DNA from: Raillietiella orientalis
Taxonomy: Eukaryota
Reading direction: 5' to 3'
DNA: 64,000 nt
NCBI GenBank assembly: GCA_036172245.1
Contig: JAYWIR010000007.1
Location: 496,001-560,000, forward strand
Under the pieces are notes generated by a model. It was not told where the DNA came from. It searched no databases and was given only the letters and a program-made list of their open reading frames with translations. A program made the position numbers and the translations under genes. Shown here piece after piece: positions 63,801 to 64,000 of the stretch (the stretch's first letter is position 1; each line of letters opens with the position of its first letter).

Positions 63801-64000
63801 GAGTGAAAGCTGGTGGACTCGAATCAACCGATTCTGGGAATGGGTTCCCAACTGCGATACTGGATCTGGTGCTCCAGGGCGATGGGAAGGAGTGATCATG
63901 CATTGCTTGCCCCTTCGAATTGTCAGCCGCAGCCGTAGGGGAGGCACGACAATGAGAGTAGGTACTGCGAGCCTAACCCCCCACTCCGTCGTTAGGGAAA

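Noticed and set aside
62630..63950. Exon-like minus-strand segments with donors near 63538 and 63747
   Set aside because: Could not be joined into a consistent frame or recognisable protein.

Overview
Eukaryotic (arthropod-like), mostly GC-rich genomic DNA with spliced genes. Most ORFs in the six-frame track are spurious; the real genes had to be assembled by hand across GT-AG introns. Contents: (1) two convergent class-A GPCR genes resembling the ecdysis-triggering hormone receptor (ETHR; 4852-8910 + and 10255-15916 -), the second with a near-perfect 498-bp inverted repeat in intron 1; (2) a cluster of ten small, diverged DM4/DM12-domain genes (24.1-54.5 kb) on both strands, sharing one phase-2 exon architecture and falling into two N-terminal subtypes, twice arranged as head-to-head mixed pairs; (3) an AT-rich, CpG-poor LENG1-like gene (59767-60811); (4) a pogo/Tigger-like MITE, three 3' fragments of one L1/Tx1-like LINE family, two copies of a tRNA-derived SINE, and several short palindromes and tandem repeats. 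Family assignments rest on motif recognition by eye; no searches were run. The 5' ends of several genes are unresolved.
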